63,570 bases of DNA, filler included, from Lenisia limosa (GCA_001655205.1; 16 parts of 16 records of this genome joined end to end with filler, not necessarily neighbours in it); one strand, 5' to 3'; shown: positions 1-11,548, numbered from the whole stretch's first letter. The notes: generated from the sequence alone by a model not told the origin. Numbers and translations are program-made.

Positions 1-39
1 GGGGGGGGGGGGGCAAAAGAAGGGATGGGAGATGACTAT

Positions 40-129
40 CTTCATTTCGGTTCGAAAAAAGATTGAATTTCTCGATAAATCCTCGAAAACCATCGATATT
101 TTGTCTGTATTTTTTGAACCGAAGTGAAG
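40..129. mobile_element. MITE family A (hairpin, ~90-95 bp), copy
   Basis: CTTCATTTCGGTTCGAAAAAA...TTTTTTGAACCGAAGTGAAG, with the family core GATAAATCCTCGA...ATCGAT. Confidence 0.75.
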
Positions 130-329
130 CCCTTGAGGTTACAGCGGGGGTAAGAGGAGGGTCACACCGTCACGCTTATAAAAGATATTGGATTGTAGTA
201 TAGTATTAATTCATCCTTAAGCTTTGTTTTTATTTCATTAATAGCACAATTAAATAGATGGGACCTAACACATTGTATGTTGTAAGACACCATTGCTTAC
301 ACTTTAATGACAGTTTCCTTACTTTTCAG

Positions 330-2989
330 ACGGACGTCTCAAATGCCAAGGATACAACGGTCACTTCATTACAATTGCCTCATCATCCCCTACTGTGTCC
401 TCGCCCCTTGTGAGTTGGGTTTTGTCGTCAGATTACCACAAACAAACTCAATGGATATGTAACCCTGGAGTGTTTTTTTTTGCAAGAGAAATATATTACA
501 TTAGAAATCTATAAATACTAAGGAATATCCTAAACAAATTGCCCACGTTCCTTGGAGTGACTTGATGTGAACCTCCGCGGTGGCAGTGGGTAAGATAAGT
601 TACGTTTATGTCGGTCAGTTGTTCTGATATCTGCCATACCTCTTTCACATCTTCTTTTTATCCCCTCCATAAGTCTAAAATTTCACCAACACAAATTGTT
701 ACGGCAGTTACGGTTATAACCTAACCAAACCGATGCAAAGCACTATAAGTGACTGGCGGCTTTGTTTGTTTTGNNNNNNNNNNNNNNNNNNNNNNNNNNN
801 NNNNNNNNNNNNNNNNNNNNNNNNNNNNNNNNNNNNNNNNNNNNNNNNNNNNNNNNNNNNNNNNNNNNNNNNNNNNNNNNNNNNNNNNNNNNNNNNNNNN
901 NNNGGATATTACCATATGGCAGTTATTGGTTGGCTGTGGGTACTACTAGCGCTTCACTTCTGTTCGAAAAGAGAATGTGTCGATACATCCTCGAAAATTA
1001 TTGATATTTTACCGGTATTTTTCGAACCGAAGTGAAGCTCTAGGTACAGCCATATAGTATGTAAAGGGGGGGGGGGAGGTCAGAGCTTCCATATTGTCAA
1101 AACAAGACTAAATTTCACGATAAAACCTCGACAACTATCGATATTTTATCGCTCTTTTCTGGCCCAGATATGGAGGGTACTTCCTAGGGCTTCCTCACAG
1201 ACCAAAAATGACGGTGTTTCTCGATATAATATGAAACCACTTTTTGGATCAGTTTCACAGGTGGGAACTATCATTTTCTACGCAGTGATTTGATACCTCA
1301 TATTCACCCGTATGATAATTGACCTACAAGTCTCAATTGTACTTTGATACACTTGGGGTGCTCCCTCGTATTTTTTTTCGATTATTTTGACACGAAAGTT
1401 GGTCATATGATCATATCACAAGAGGATAGGGGTTAACATAGTTTTACATGTTCTCAGATTCATCTTTTGATATTTTCACATCTTACATGATACATAGTAG
1501 TTAATTGCCCTACCGCAACTCTGTGAGATAGCTATTTGATACCATACAAAGTACATATACATATATATGAAAAAAACATGTCAATTGTGTCAGAACCTGT
1601 TTGCAGCACTGACTCTCCTCACACCACCACAGCTGATGGCAATGTTTACTCCTGGGGCTACAACGGAAATGCTCAGCTCCTTCAAGCTAACTCTGAAACC
1701 AAAATAACGCCGCCACTCAAGGTTAGCTGAAGAGAGTCAACTATCATATATCGTCACTTTTGGGTTCATTTTCACGCTTGTGAACTATCAAATTTTATCG
1801 TCAATTTACCCCCAAGTAGTGGTTCCCAACGGTTTGGTCCGGTCGGGACCGTTCATTTTTCAATTTACAAAAAGACCGGACCGGACCGCTGAAATTTTCT
1901 TTCTAAAAAGACCGGACCGGACCGGGCCGCTCGAAATTTTGAACGGAACTGGTCAGGACAGTTCAAACATAAATAGTTTATTGTGCATTTAGTAGTTGTT
2001 ACATTGTTTCGTTTTGTAATATTTGAATTGGTCCTGAGAAACATTTTGAAAGAGTTTAAAAAACATCCTTCTCATCAATCCATCAAAATAAACCAATAAA
2101 ACACTCCTCTCTCTCGTAGGCGCTGGAAACTTGAATTTTTCCTTTTGCTCCTTGAGCATTTTTAAGGTGACTGAAAAGTTTTCAGTACAAAAATGTTTCT
2201 TCCATTTTTTTTTTTTTTTTTTGTTACTTTTATCCTCATTTTTTTGTGGAATCACTACCCTAAGTCAATTTTGGGCTTTTTTTTTGTTGTTGTTTTTCTT
2301 TCTTAGATTTTCCAAGTTTACTCCCCTCGCAGGCTTCAGTGATTCCTGATGGCAAGGCAACAGACTTATGGGTTTCACATTACTCCACAACAGTGAAAAT
2401 AGGTTAGGTTAATTTGGAGAAAATACATAAATAGTATTGATTAGGGTAATTTGGTAAAAAATACATGTAAATATTAGATATACATACATATCGATATGTA
2501 CGCATTTGAAACCCTGCTGTAAATAATGTATTCAAACTGAAGCCTTGTACATGTAAAATTAGGTTGATTTGATTTAACACAACGATTATTATCGAGTGTT
2601 TATGTTAAACTCCGTCAGTTTGAAACCAGATATGGCTTTGAAAATTATTAACTGGTTGTGATTTATAGTTTGACAGTTTGATATCCAATCAGCGGAGAGG
2701 TAAAACAAGAAGAGTAGTACGAATATATTTGTTATGAATCCATTAGGCTCAGTAACTCCTAATCTATTATCTCATTATAACAGAAAGTGCTTAAACCACG
2801 AATAGAACTAAAAATGGCACTTATATTCATCTTATGAAAGGACATATGCACCCCTCCACCCTCACCCCCCCTAACTTCACAGATGACGGCAGATTCTACG
2901 CGGGAGGCTACAACGGATATGCCCAGTTTGGAGGCGGTGTAACGTCCACCATGCACGTCAAGGAGATTTCCCCCGTTTTGCCCGGAGCG
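330..2989 (+). CDS. RCC1/BLIP-II-like beta-propeller repeat protein (partial, multi-exon)
   Basis: Hand-spliced exons give repeated RCC1-type units: DGRLKCQGYNGH (~330-410), TTADGNVYSWGYNGNAQL (~1625-1720), ASVIPDGKATDLWVSHYSTTVKI (2333-2402), DDGRFYAGGYNGYAQFGGG (2884-2989). Each is flanked by ag/gt sites. Neither end of the gene is in the piece. Confidence 0.7.
949..1040. mobile_element. MITE family A copy
   Basis: ta-GCGCTTCACTTCTGTTCGAAAA...TTTTCGAACCGAAGTGAAGCTC-ta, inside an RCC1-gene intron. Confidence 0.75.
1254..1358 (+). repeat. dispersed repeat family E
   Basis: TTTCACA.GTG.GAACTATCATTTTC.ACGCAGTGATT...GTATGATAATTGACC.ACAAGTCTCAAT, also at ~22592-22680 (+) and partly at ~50315-50345 (-). 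Confidence 0.6.
1815..1960. repeat. GACCG-rich inverted/tandem repeat, possible hAT-like remnant
   Basis: TAGTGGTTCCCAAC, then TGGTCCGGTCGG opposed by two AAAAAGACCGGACCGGACCG copies. The matching second end is not evident. Confidence 0.35.
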
Positions 2990-3369
2990 GTGGGTGGGAG
3001 CTGTCTTTTCATATTGGGATGGGAGATTCTTTGGGTATAATAAGAGATTTTTGAGGAGCAAAGATGCAAAACTATGTATATACGGTAAATGAAATCTAGA
3101 GAAACAAGTAAACCTGGGAATTTAAAATGAGTTTGGGGGATTTGAGGCTGTGATAGAAGGGAGATAACTCTCCCACCACTCCCAAAAACTTCGGGTATGA
3201 CAGCATATATCACAAGGGCTTCACTTTAAGCCTGCACTCAGAGTTGTAAGGCAGATGATTGGGTGAATTAGCAATAATCCAATATCTCTTATAAGCGTGC
3301 TGGTGTGGACGGCTTCGGCCAGACATACGCTTGTTTTTTTAATCTCTCATTGCGATATACTACTATATA

Positions 3370-3469
3370 NNNNNNNNNNNNNNNNNNNNNNNNNNNNNNN
3401 NNNNNNNNNNNNNTTAATTAATTAANNNNNNNNNNNNNNNNNNNNNNNNNNNNNNNNNNNNNNNNNNNN
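3370..3469. other. artificial scaffold spacer (44 N + TTAATTAATTAA + 44 N)
   Basis: The same 12-mer (stops in all six frames) sits inside N runs at 3414, 4613, 6325, 9678, 11638, 15351, 23679, 36133, 43128, 48781, 52623, 53779, 55627, 58753 and 62187. Genes are cut mid-exon at these points. Confidence 0.97.
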
Positions 3470-4499
3470 AGAAGCAGCCCGATCTCAAGGTCAAGCCCCA
3501 TCACAGCCTTCTCGCCGCTCACACCCAGGTATGAGAGATGTGCATGAGAGCACGTGACCATTTTTTTTTATTATTCATTTTCCCAGCTTAATTCGTTTGT
3601 TTGAGGCTTTATTTTGTTTTATAGTTTGCACTATTCACCCCCCAGGTTCCTATGCCCCACCAAGACGCCCACTACCGTCGCACCAACTTCGATGAGGTCG
3701 CCCTCGGCTTCACCCTCGACATGGCTAAGGTATGATAACCCCCCAGGTTCTTTATATTTGTTATTATTCATGATAATGAGGGTACATTCTTGAAAATCTC
3801 GTTTCAATTTCAACTTTTCTCTTATCGTCTTTTCATGTAATTAATATTCATACAGTTTTCCATTCCTCACCCCCTCCCCCCAGAACGAAGCCCGTCGCTG
3901 CCTCCAGTGCCCTGACCCCCAATGCCAAAAGGGTTGCCCCGTTTCCGTCGATATCCGTGGCTTCATCCGCTGCATCCGCGAAGGCCGTATCCACGACGCC
4001 CTCGACCTCATCAAGACCTCCAACCCCTGCCCCGGCATCACCGGTCGTGTGTGCCCCCAGGAGAACCAGTGCCAGAACTCTGACGAGAAGAAGCGCTTCG
4101 GTTGCGTCCTCGGTAAAATGGGCCGTGATCCCGTCGCTATCGGCCGTCTCGAACGTTTTGCTGCTGACTACTGCCGTGAAAACCCTCGTGTCGACGACAA
4201 GCCCGAAGTCACCATCGCTGAAGAAATGTCTCCCTCTCTCCCCGAATCTGAGCGCCGCCTTTCCGGCTGCAAGGTTGCTGTTGTCGGAACCGGTCCAGCC
4301 GGAATCGCCGCCGCCGCTGAGCTCGAGGCTGAAGGTCATATTGTCACCATGTTTGAGGCCCTCCACATTCCCGGTGGCGTCCTGATCTACGGTATCCCCG
4401 GCTTCCGTCTCCCCAAGAACATTGTCAACGATGAAATCTCAGCGATCACCAAGTCTGGTCTTGTCTCCATCAGATGCAACACTCCCGTCGGCCCCGCCG
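3470..4499 (+). CDS. NfnB/SudA-type (GltD-like, glutamate synthase small-subunit family) Fe-S flavoprotein, partial, with spliceosomal introns
   Basis: Exons ~3470-3528, ~3647-3730 and ~3883-4499 splice to VPMPHQDAHYRRTNFDEVALGFTLDMAKNEARRCLQCPDPQCQKGCPVSVDI...GRVCPQENQC...VAIGRLERFAAD...KVAVVGTGPAGIAAAAEL...FEALHIPGGVLIYGIPGFRLPK. This carries the CxxC..C...CP cluster motifs, the GxGPAG FAD motif and the YGIP.FRLPK signature. Truncated by spacers on both sides. Confidence 0.92.
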
Positions 4500-4668
4500 G
4501 TATGTCGGGCTTTTTCTTGTTTTCATTGGGTATTTTCGAGTATGATTTTGGTTGTTCTGTTCATGCATNNNNNNNNNNNNNNNNNNNNNNNNNNNNNNNN
4601 NNNNNNNNNNNNTTAATTAATTAANNNNNNNNNNNNNNNNNNNNNNNNNNNNNNNNNNNNNNNNNNNN

Positions 4669-4937
4669 TAAGGGTGTTGAGTCAGCCTAGTGAACCACGT
4701 TTGTTCAATCGGCAGATGGGAAGCACAAAGAACAGTATTACGTCGCAAGACGCGAAAATGGTTTCCCCTTTCATCAACCCGTTCTCCCGTACCGACCTGA
4801 TGCCTCCTTTCCATTGGAGGAGAGTCCATGACGGCGCCGTAGTTATACGGGTCCGGGGACGAGTCCGGTTGTTCGCCATAAGGGCTTTGTTCATAGACAT
4901 AGTCCCGGGGCTGCGGCTGACCGTAGTTGTCGCTCAT
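4669..4937 (-). CDS. hypothetical protein, N-terminal part
   Basis: ATG at ~4937 opens MSDNYGQPQPRDYVYEQSPYGEQPDSSPDPYNYGAVMDSPPMERRHQ..., which runs open into the gap. No family recognised. Confidence 0.4.
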
Positions 4938-5602
4938 GGGGCTGTCATACTGCTGTGTTAGTAGAAGATATCGATTAGAGTAAAGCTGGTATGTATAAAT
5001 ATCATATGTACTATATCTATGAAAAAATAAAACGTAATTATCATGCGAATCCTGACATCTGCATTCCCTTGCGGATAACCCGACATGAGCCCGATCCGCC
5101 AACCTGTTGATGCTGGAGTTGTCTCGGGGCTTCTTGCTGATAGTGCTGGTACTGGAAGGTGAAAGAGATCAATAAATACAAAAAGAAAGACTTTGATGGA
5201 GCCGTCCACAACGTCTCGTTAATAAGGGATACTGATTATTGTACAGTTTGGTCTTACTTCGTACATCCAGCTTTCTGTGTCTCCAATAATCAATCAATAA
5301 ATAGAGATGAGCGCCGTCCACAACATAACGTTCACAGGATATATTGGATCATTGTATGATGTTAATTAACCCAATCATTAGCCTTACAATGATCAATAGT
5401 AAGCATACGAAACCAACATTTTGCTCCACATTTATGTATTTCGAATACTTGCAGTAACCCCCTGCCGTACCTGTTGTTGCTGCTGCTGCTGAATGTTGTA
5501 CTGTTGAACGTGTCGCGGCGGCGGGGTGGGGTCTGCTGCCATGCCGCCGTACTCAATAGAGGCCTATTTGGGTAAACAGGAAAAACTACACTGTTATTAT
5601 TA

Positions 5603-5688
5603 GGGCTTCCCTTAGGTCTAAAAAAAGACAGGTAAAATATCGAGTATTTATCGAAAAATTCAGTCCTTTTGGGATCGTAGGGAAGCCC
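5603..5688. mobile_element. MITE family A, subfamily A2 copy
   Basis: GGGCTTCCCTTAGGTC...GATCGTAGGGAAGCCC, with the family core. Confidence 0.65.
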
Positions 5689-5805
5689 CAGCTATTATGT
5701 ATTGTGCTTGGGAGACACGCCAAAGGGGAAAATACATTAGAAGCAAGGCAAAATATTGGGTGAATTGAATAGTATCAATATCGATGGATCCATACAATTA
5801 TGCAG

Positions 5806-6177
5806 GTATTTCAGATAATGAGTCAGGCCAAAGCAACTCAACTATGAGAGTCTTCACCAACCTGGCTTTGGTTGCTGTAGCTGGACACGGGGTTGGGAGT
5901 GTATTGGTTCTGATGGTGCGTATGATCGTATTGCCCCCCATGATATTGCGGCTGCGGGGGTTCTTCCGGGAACTCTTGCTAGAAACATTAGGAAGGGAAC
6001 GACAGATATAAAGAATGATGATGGCCCTGGGCTAAATCCGCCCAACCTCAAAAGGAATTTCCTTCGTTGATGATGACGAATGTTCGGGCGAATTCAGCAG
6101 AGCTGCCGCGGCCGGGTTGATGGAAACAGTACCTCCACCCCGGGATGCAGGGGCACCTCGGGGGGTTGGCTGCCAAG
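5806..6177 (+). CDS. hypothetical protein exon(s), frame unresolved
   Basis: GC-rich segment ending in a strong donor CAAG|gtaagt at ~6177. No single convincing frame and no family recognised. Confidence 0.25.
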
Positions 6178-6419
6178 GTAAGTCCAGGGTATGGGATGGG
6201 CAATAATGTGTATAATGTAAATTTGATACCATGATCAAAATAATGAAACACTTAAAAGCACCACTGAGATGTTTGAATTNNNNNNNNNNNNNNNNNNNNN
6301 NNNNNNNNNNNNNNNNNNNNNNNTTAATTAATTAANNNNNNNNNNNNNNNNNNNNNNNNNNNNNNNNNNNNNNNNNNNNTGTATAGATTTACTATTCTAT
6401 ACAACCTTTTTTTTTTTCT

Positions 6420-6497
6420 TATTTGTTTTTTATTTCTCATTTGTTTTTTATTTCTCATTTGTTTTTTCTTCTCATTTGTTTTTTATTTCTCATTTGT
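6420..6497 (+). repeat. ~20-bp tandem repeat (TTTCTCATTTGTTTTTTA) x4
   Basis: Directly visible; intronic, upstream of the first Hydin exon. Confidence 0.7.
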
Positions 6498-6560
6498 ACG
6501 CTGGAGTGATGGGATGTGTTACTGAAGAAGCGACTTGTCTGGGCTTTGTTGTTGTTTTTT
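6497..6560 (+). repeat. intronic repeat module G
   Basis: TACGCTGGAGTGATGGGATG...TGCTG.AGAAGCGACT.G.CTGGGCTTTGTTTG. Copies at ~9585-9633 (+), ~48485-48555 (-), ~49735-49760 (-) and ~59220-59275 (+). Confidence 0.6.
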
Positions 6561-6648
6561 CTTGTGTGTTTCCCAAATGCTAGTCAACAGAGTTGATTCC
6601 GGGTTGTTTTTACTGCATCAACCGACTGATTTCACCCCCCCCCCCTAG

Positions 6649-9474
6649 GTACGAGAAGTCGTTGTCAGTAACTCCGGTGCCGTACCTGTGGACTTCTCAT
6701 GGTCTATTGTACCCCCCATGCCGGGTATGGGGTGTGGGAGGTTATACTCTAAGATGGGGAGGGGTGCTATTCTATATGAGATGAAAAGGCAGAGCATACA
6801 TACATATGATAGATCAAAAACAACACCCCTTCCCCCGGTCAATTAACTGGAAAAGGTCGAAACGCTCCGCCCGGAGGCACGGTAGCGGCCACCATTGCCG
6901 CAGCCAACCTAGCCGCGAAGGACCTTGTCTTTGAGCCTGCAAAGGGCACTGTACCCCGGGGTGAGAAGCTCATCTGCCGCCTCAAGTTCCTCCCGCAGGT
7001 TTGCATCAGTTCATTACTATAATCCAATATCTCTTAAGCGTGATGGTGATTTGGGCTTTTTTTGTTTCATAAATTTTCCAATTTTACTCCCCCCCCCTCC
7101 AGGGTGAACGCAGTTTGAAGGGCGTACGTGCAGTGTGCGCAATTACAAACGGCTCTTCCTTCGCCCTTGCTCTCGAGGGTGTCGGTAAGAAGGCACGGGT
7201 GGACTTCAGCAGTACGACCGTGGACTTTGGCAGGCAATTCCTCTGGAGAAAAGGCATGCCGCCTGCACGGCATGTTCTCGTCATTCGCAACAACGACTTA
7301 AAAGAAGTTGGCGTTGAAACGGCCTTCGATTCAACTGAGTTCCTCCGAGTGGAGGCGCCTCCAACTCTGCTGTCCCCTGGCGCGACTATGGAAGTTCCTG
7401 TCACTTTCATGCCACGTGATACCATCAGCTACTCCGAGACTGTTTGGGGGTATTATAGATATATACATATACTATACATGGGGGGGGNNNNNNNNNNNNN
7501 NNNNNNNNNNNNNNNNNNNNNNNNNNNNNNNNNNNNNNNNNNNNNNNNNNNNNNNNNNNNNNNTAACAGATTTGATTTTGGTCATTTTTGTTTCGTAAAT
7601 TAAATTTTCCAATTTTACTCCCCAGGTCCGATTTGAGCTCAACGGCGTGACATCCGTGCCGGTGTCATTTACGGGTCAAGGCGCGCGGCCGCGCATCGAA
7701 CTTGCTGATCCTAACTCGCCCACGTTCAGTCTTGGTGGGGGCAAGGACTGGTTACACATTCTCATTACTTGCTATATTGACAACATCAAGAACACGCTTT
7801 ACATTAACTACTTGCCGTATCAAATGTTTCATATAAGTAGCGGAGTTTTTTTTTGTTTAATAAATTTTCCGATTTTACTCTCCCAGGAGGCCTGCCCATT
7901 GGGAAGACGTCAACACGCAGTATTCGCGTCATCAACAGAGGAAAGGTCACCACCACATTCCAGCTCGACAACGAATGTTTAACGCATCTTTCCTCGGTTT
8001 CTTGCGTGACCGTTACGCCAGCTGGCCGTATTACTCTCAAACCCAAGCAGAGCATGACGTTTGACGTCGTCTTTGCGCCGAAAACGCGAATCAAGGCGTT
8101 CAGGGAGGAAGTGGCCATGTTTGTTGCTGGTTCAAAATCATCGTTGTTCACATTGACTGGAGCGGGCCAGGGCATGGAGGTCAACCTGAGCGCTTCGGCT
8201 ATTACCTTCGGTTAGTGGGGCTATTACCTTTGGGTGAATGTATTCTTCAAGTCCTCATAAGATATCCCATTTCTCACCTTTTTTGTTTCATAAATTTTCC
8301 AATTTCACCCCTCAGGCCCCGTGGTGAAAGGAGCCATGGCCAGCTCTACCCTTCGGCTTGACAATGCCGGCGATATTCCTGCAAAGTTTGTCTGGAATGA
8401 AGCCGCTCTCGGACCCTACTTCAAGCTCCGGCCGCTCAAGGTGTGTGAGAGAGCAGAAAATAGGATTCTTCACTTCTGTTAAAAAAACACCGGCAAATAT
8501 CGATAGTTTTCGAGGATTTATCGAGAAATTCAGTCTTTTTTCGAACCAAAGTGAAGTCCTAGATAGGATATTAATGTCTTGGAAACTTGTTCGGTTAAGC
8601 TTCGCTTTTTGAAAGTAATTCTCACACCCTCACGTTCTCCATCGCCCTGTCACATGTTAAGCCAAAACTGTTGATTTTGGGTCTTTTCATTAATCCCAGC
8701 ATCCCCATGTAAATTACCCATATTTACTCCGCCCAGGGCAGTATTCCCCCAGGCCAGTCTGTGGACGTGGAAGTCCGCTGTCAGCCAACGTCAGTCTCTT
8801 CTGACGTGTCCCGGCACGGCATCGAATGCAAAGTCGAAGGTTCGGACAAGACCCTCGCTTTGTCGTTGTCTGCCCAGTGTGTCGCTCCAACCCCCCAGGT
8901 TTGCTTTGTGCTTGTTTCATTTTATGCGAAATTTTTGTGGCCCGTCTTTACGCCGATATCATTATGCTCCATAATAGAGGAATATGGCATTCCTGGAGGG
9001 GGGGGGGTAGAAATTGAGAACCAACTGACCACGGTTTTGTCTTATTCTTCTCATGATTTGTACCTTTACGCCAATATTCTAAATCGAAATTTCCCTCGTT
9101 TACCCCTCAGAACGATCCGATCAGCTTCCGAGCCGAAGTCAGGTCCACTCAGACCCTCAAGATCGCCATCAAGAACACCACGCAGCAACCGTGGGCTATC
9201 CACCCCAAACTGATGGGCGATTCTTGGTCTGGTCCGGAGCTGTTGACAGTTCCGCCGAACTCTGTTGCCCAATACCCTATTATTTACAGCCCGTTCACCA
9301 TGACAGTAGGGGGGGTTATTTGCTCTTTCTTTGGTTAATCAACAATTATGTTGGTTTTCCATGGTTTTATTTAATAATCGCTGTCACATTAGATTAGATT
9401 AGATTAGATTAGTTACATACTAGGTCAAGGCTGCTGGAGCACCTGCCAACGCTCTGAGTCTGAAGCCCCTTAAG
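6649..9474 (+). CDS. HYDIN: Hydin, axonemal central-pair protein (C-terminal ASH/Ig-like repeat region, partial)
   Basis: About 9 exons splice in frame: VREVVVSNSGAVPVDFSW; LVFEPAKGTVPRGEKLICRLKFLPQ; VDFSSTTVDFGRQFLW; IRVINRGKVTTTFQL; FGPVVKGAMASSTLRLDNAGDIPAKFVW; GSIPPGQSVDVEV; ISFRAEVRSTQTLKIAIKNTTQQPWAIHPKLMGDSWSGPELLTVPPNSVAQYPIIYSPFTMT. The order and motifs match the Hydin C-terminus as I recall it. Confidence 0.85.
7045..7102 (+). repeat. intron 3'-end module F (supplies branch point, pyrimidine tract and AG)
   Basis: GATTTGGGCTTTTTTGTTTCATAAATTTTCCAATTTTACTCCCC...AG. Similar acceptor ends finish at 2332, 7625, 7886, 8315 and 55214 (+), and at ~43184-43270 and ~62066-62142 (- strand genes). 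Confidence 0.7.
8463..8559. mobile_element. MITE family A copy in a Hydin intron
   Basis: ta-GGATTCTTCACTTCTGTT...GAACCAAAGTGAAGTCC-ta. Confidence 0.7.
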
Positions 9475-9733
9475 GTGAGTGACTAGTTTGGTATTATCGG
9501 AGTGGTTTTATCCTGGGATTTACGAATACTATAGGAGTGAGTTGCGTGAGTTGTGTTTCATATAATCCCCCCTCTCATCCATCATATAATGGAATGCGGT
9601 GCTGTAGAAGCGACTCCTGGGCTTTGTTTGTTTNNNNNNNNNNNNNNNNNNNNNNNNNNNNNNNNNNNNNNNNNNNNTTAATTAATTAANNNNNNNNNNN
9701 NNNNNNNNNNNNNNNNNNNNNNNNNNNNNNNNN

Positions 9734-11548
9734 ACCAATATCCCCGGCTGCCTTTGCTGAACATCGCTCAAACCTGCAGAGCCTTAAGGGAACTTGTAGG
9801 GGATAAGACCAGAAGAGCAAAATATGTTGTTTTCCTGATTATTATCAAACATGATAACAATAGCGACAATTGAAACGGGATAAGATTAATCAATGTGCGT
9901 AGTGAAATTAAGAGAAAACCTACAAGTGTTGAATTCTATATCATATCATATAGTGCGGCTAAGCATGCTGTTGTCACCCCCTCTTTCCTGTTTCCTTTGA
10001 TTTCTAATGTAGTATTATTTCTCCTGTTAAAACAAAACTCCTACCCCTACCATCTTCTATCTCCCCTGACCCCTGTAGCCTCGCGACCAGGCAGTCGACG
10101 AAGCGAGCTAGGCCGCCAAGCCTTGCAGAAGAACTTGCAGAATGTCAGTGACCAGAGGACCATGATCCATCTGGCTGCAAGTCGATTCAGACAGGAGGTG
10201 TGATGCGGGATTGACTAAACTGCTTAATAATTATTATTAATACTTTCTGGATTTTCAAACAGTGTGGATTGGTCTATTTTATTATTCGTTCGAGGTATCT
10301 GAGTGGATTCTTGGCATTTTTTGTTGAAACAATGTTCTATTATTACCCCCCCCCCCCNNNNNNNNNNNNNNNNNNNNNNNNNNNNNNNNNNNNNNNNNNN
10401 NNNNNNNNNNNNNNNNNNNNNNNNNNNNCGGATGTTATCGAGGTGGATTGTGGCATGGTGCCTCCACATCAGATAACTAAAACCTGTGGGGGGTAGAGCC
10501 ATTCAAGTCGGAATTATTATTCGGAGGTCAACTTCAAAAAGACAAAAATAACGCATATTTTCCTTTTGTTTTATACTTTTACACCCCAGCATTTCGTCTT
10601 ATTAACACCGGATTCCTTGCCGGAACGTTCACCATCACGTCTCTTTCCGACCACATCAGCGTCTCCCTCCTTTCCTCTGGTAGCGCCTTACTCAGTGGTA
10701 GGCTAAGAGGCTATCTGACCGAAAAGAAACTATCCTAGTTTTATTATTTAATTATCCGTCATCCATCTCTCAAAAATTCTCTCATATTACGATGGAGTAA
10801 AGCAGCTTTCCTGTGCTTTTTTTTCAAACCTTTTATGTGTCCCAAATGTTTCACCAGCTTTTTGATGTTTTTGAAACTTTTTCACTGGGCTTTTTTTCAT
10901 ACATTTCCCCCCTTTACAGCTTCGCAATCGGGTACCCCAATGACCCCGGGTACCTCAATGATGTCTTCTTTGTCACCCTTCGACAGTATAGGGTTGGGGG
11001 GGTGGTTCGGGCCCTTTACTGTCATGCAGTTGGATTTTGATTTAAAAAAAATGTCTTTCAAGCTTCGATTTGTTCAGTAAATTTTGAAGAATGTTTGAAA
11101 ATCCTAATTTTACCCCTCCCCCCAGAGGCTCGGCCGTAACCCTGCCGTCCGCACCTGGCTCACGGCCTAGCTCAGCAGGCTCGGTTCGGATGGACACATT
11201 CCAGGCCATGCCGGGCAAAGAATCCGTGAGGAGGGTATTTCTAGCTTTCGTTTGTCGTGTAATATTGAATTATACTTGTCATAATGGACGAAAAAGAAAA
11301 TTCGTTTGGTGGAGAAAGCTGATACTGTCACGTTTCTAAATGCTATTGTTTACTATTCTTCATTTCTAACAATGATATTTCAAGACTACAACATCCATAC
11401 TGTAAATGATGATATGCAAAAAATACTCATAATTCCCCAATAGTATGCCTGTATTCTACAAGTGGGTTAGCTCAGAACGTTGATGAAACCTTGTGTAACT
11501 ATTCAGGTTGAAGGAGCCTTGCAACCCATGGAGGAGTGCTATATCAGA
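9734..11548 (+). CDS. uncharacterised multi-exon protein with a possible Ig-like (ASH/PapD-type) domain
   Basis: Exons SRPGSRRSELGRQALQKNL..., DVIEVDCGMVPPHQITKTC, FRLINTGFLAGTFTITSLSDHISVS, FAIGYPNDPGYLNDVFFVTLRQYR, VEGALQPMEECYIR. The family assignment is a guess. Confidence 0.4.

Noticed and set aside
1-13. Poly-G/poly-C runs at gap edges as telomeric or G-quadruplex elements
   Set aside because: Run lengths at contig ends are unreliable (assembly breaks, possible sequencing artefact) and no telomeric repeat unit is present.
3414-3425. Recurrent TTAATTAATTAA as a biological motif or recombination site
   Set aside because: It is always centred in 44+44 N, encodes stops in all six frames and cuts genes mid-exon, so it is an assembly linker.
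3848-4366. Long antisense or alternate-frame ORFs in the ORF track (3848-4366, 3957-4385, 7084-7425, 7804-8184, 41157-41498)
   Set aside because: They are shadows of GC-rich exons of the Nfn-like, Hydin and RecQ-like genes.
2884-4624. Functional clustering across spacers (e.g. RCC1 next to Nfn, RAD54 next to GH32)
   Set aside because: Adjacency across artificial linkers carries no information.
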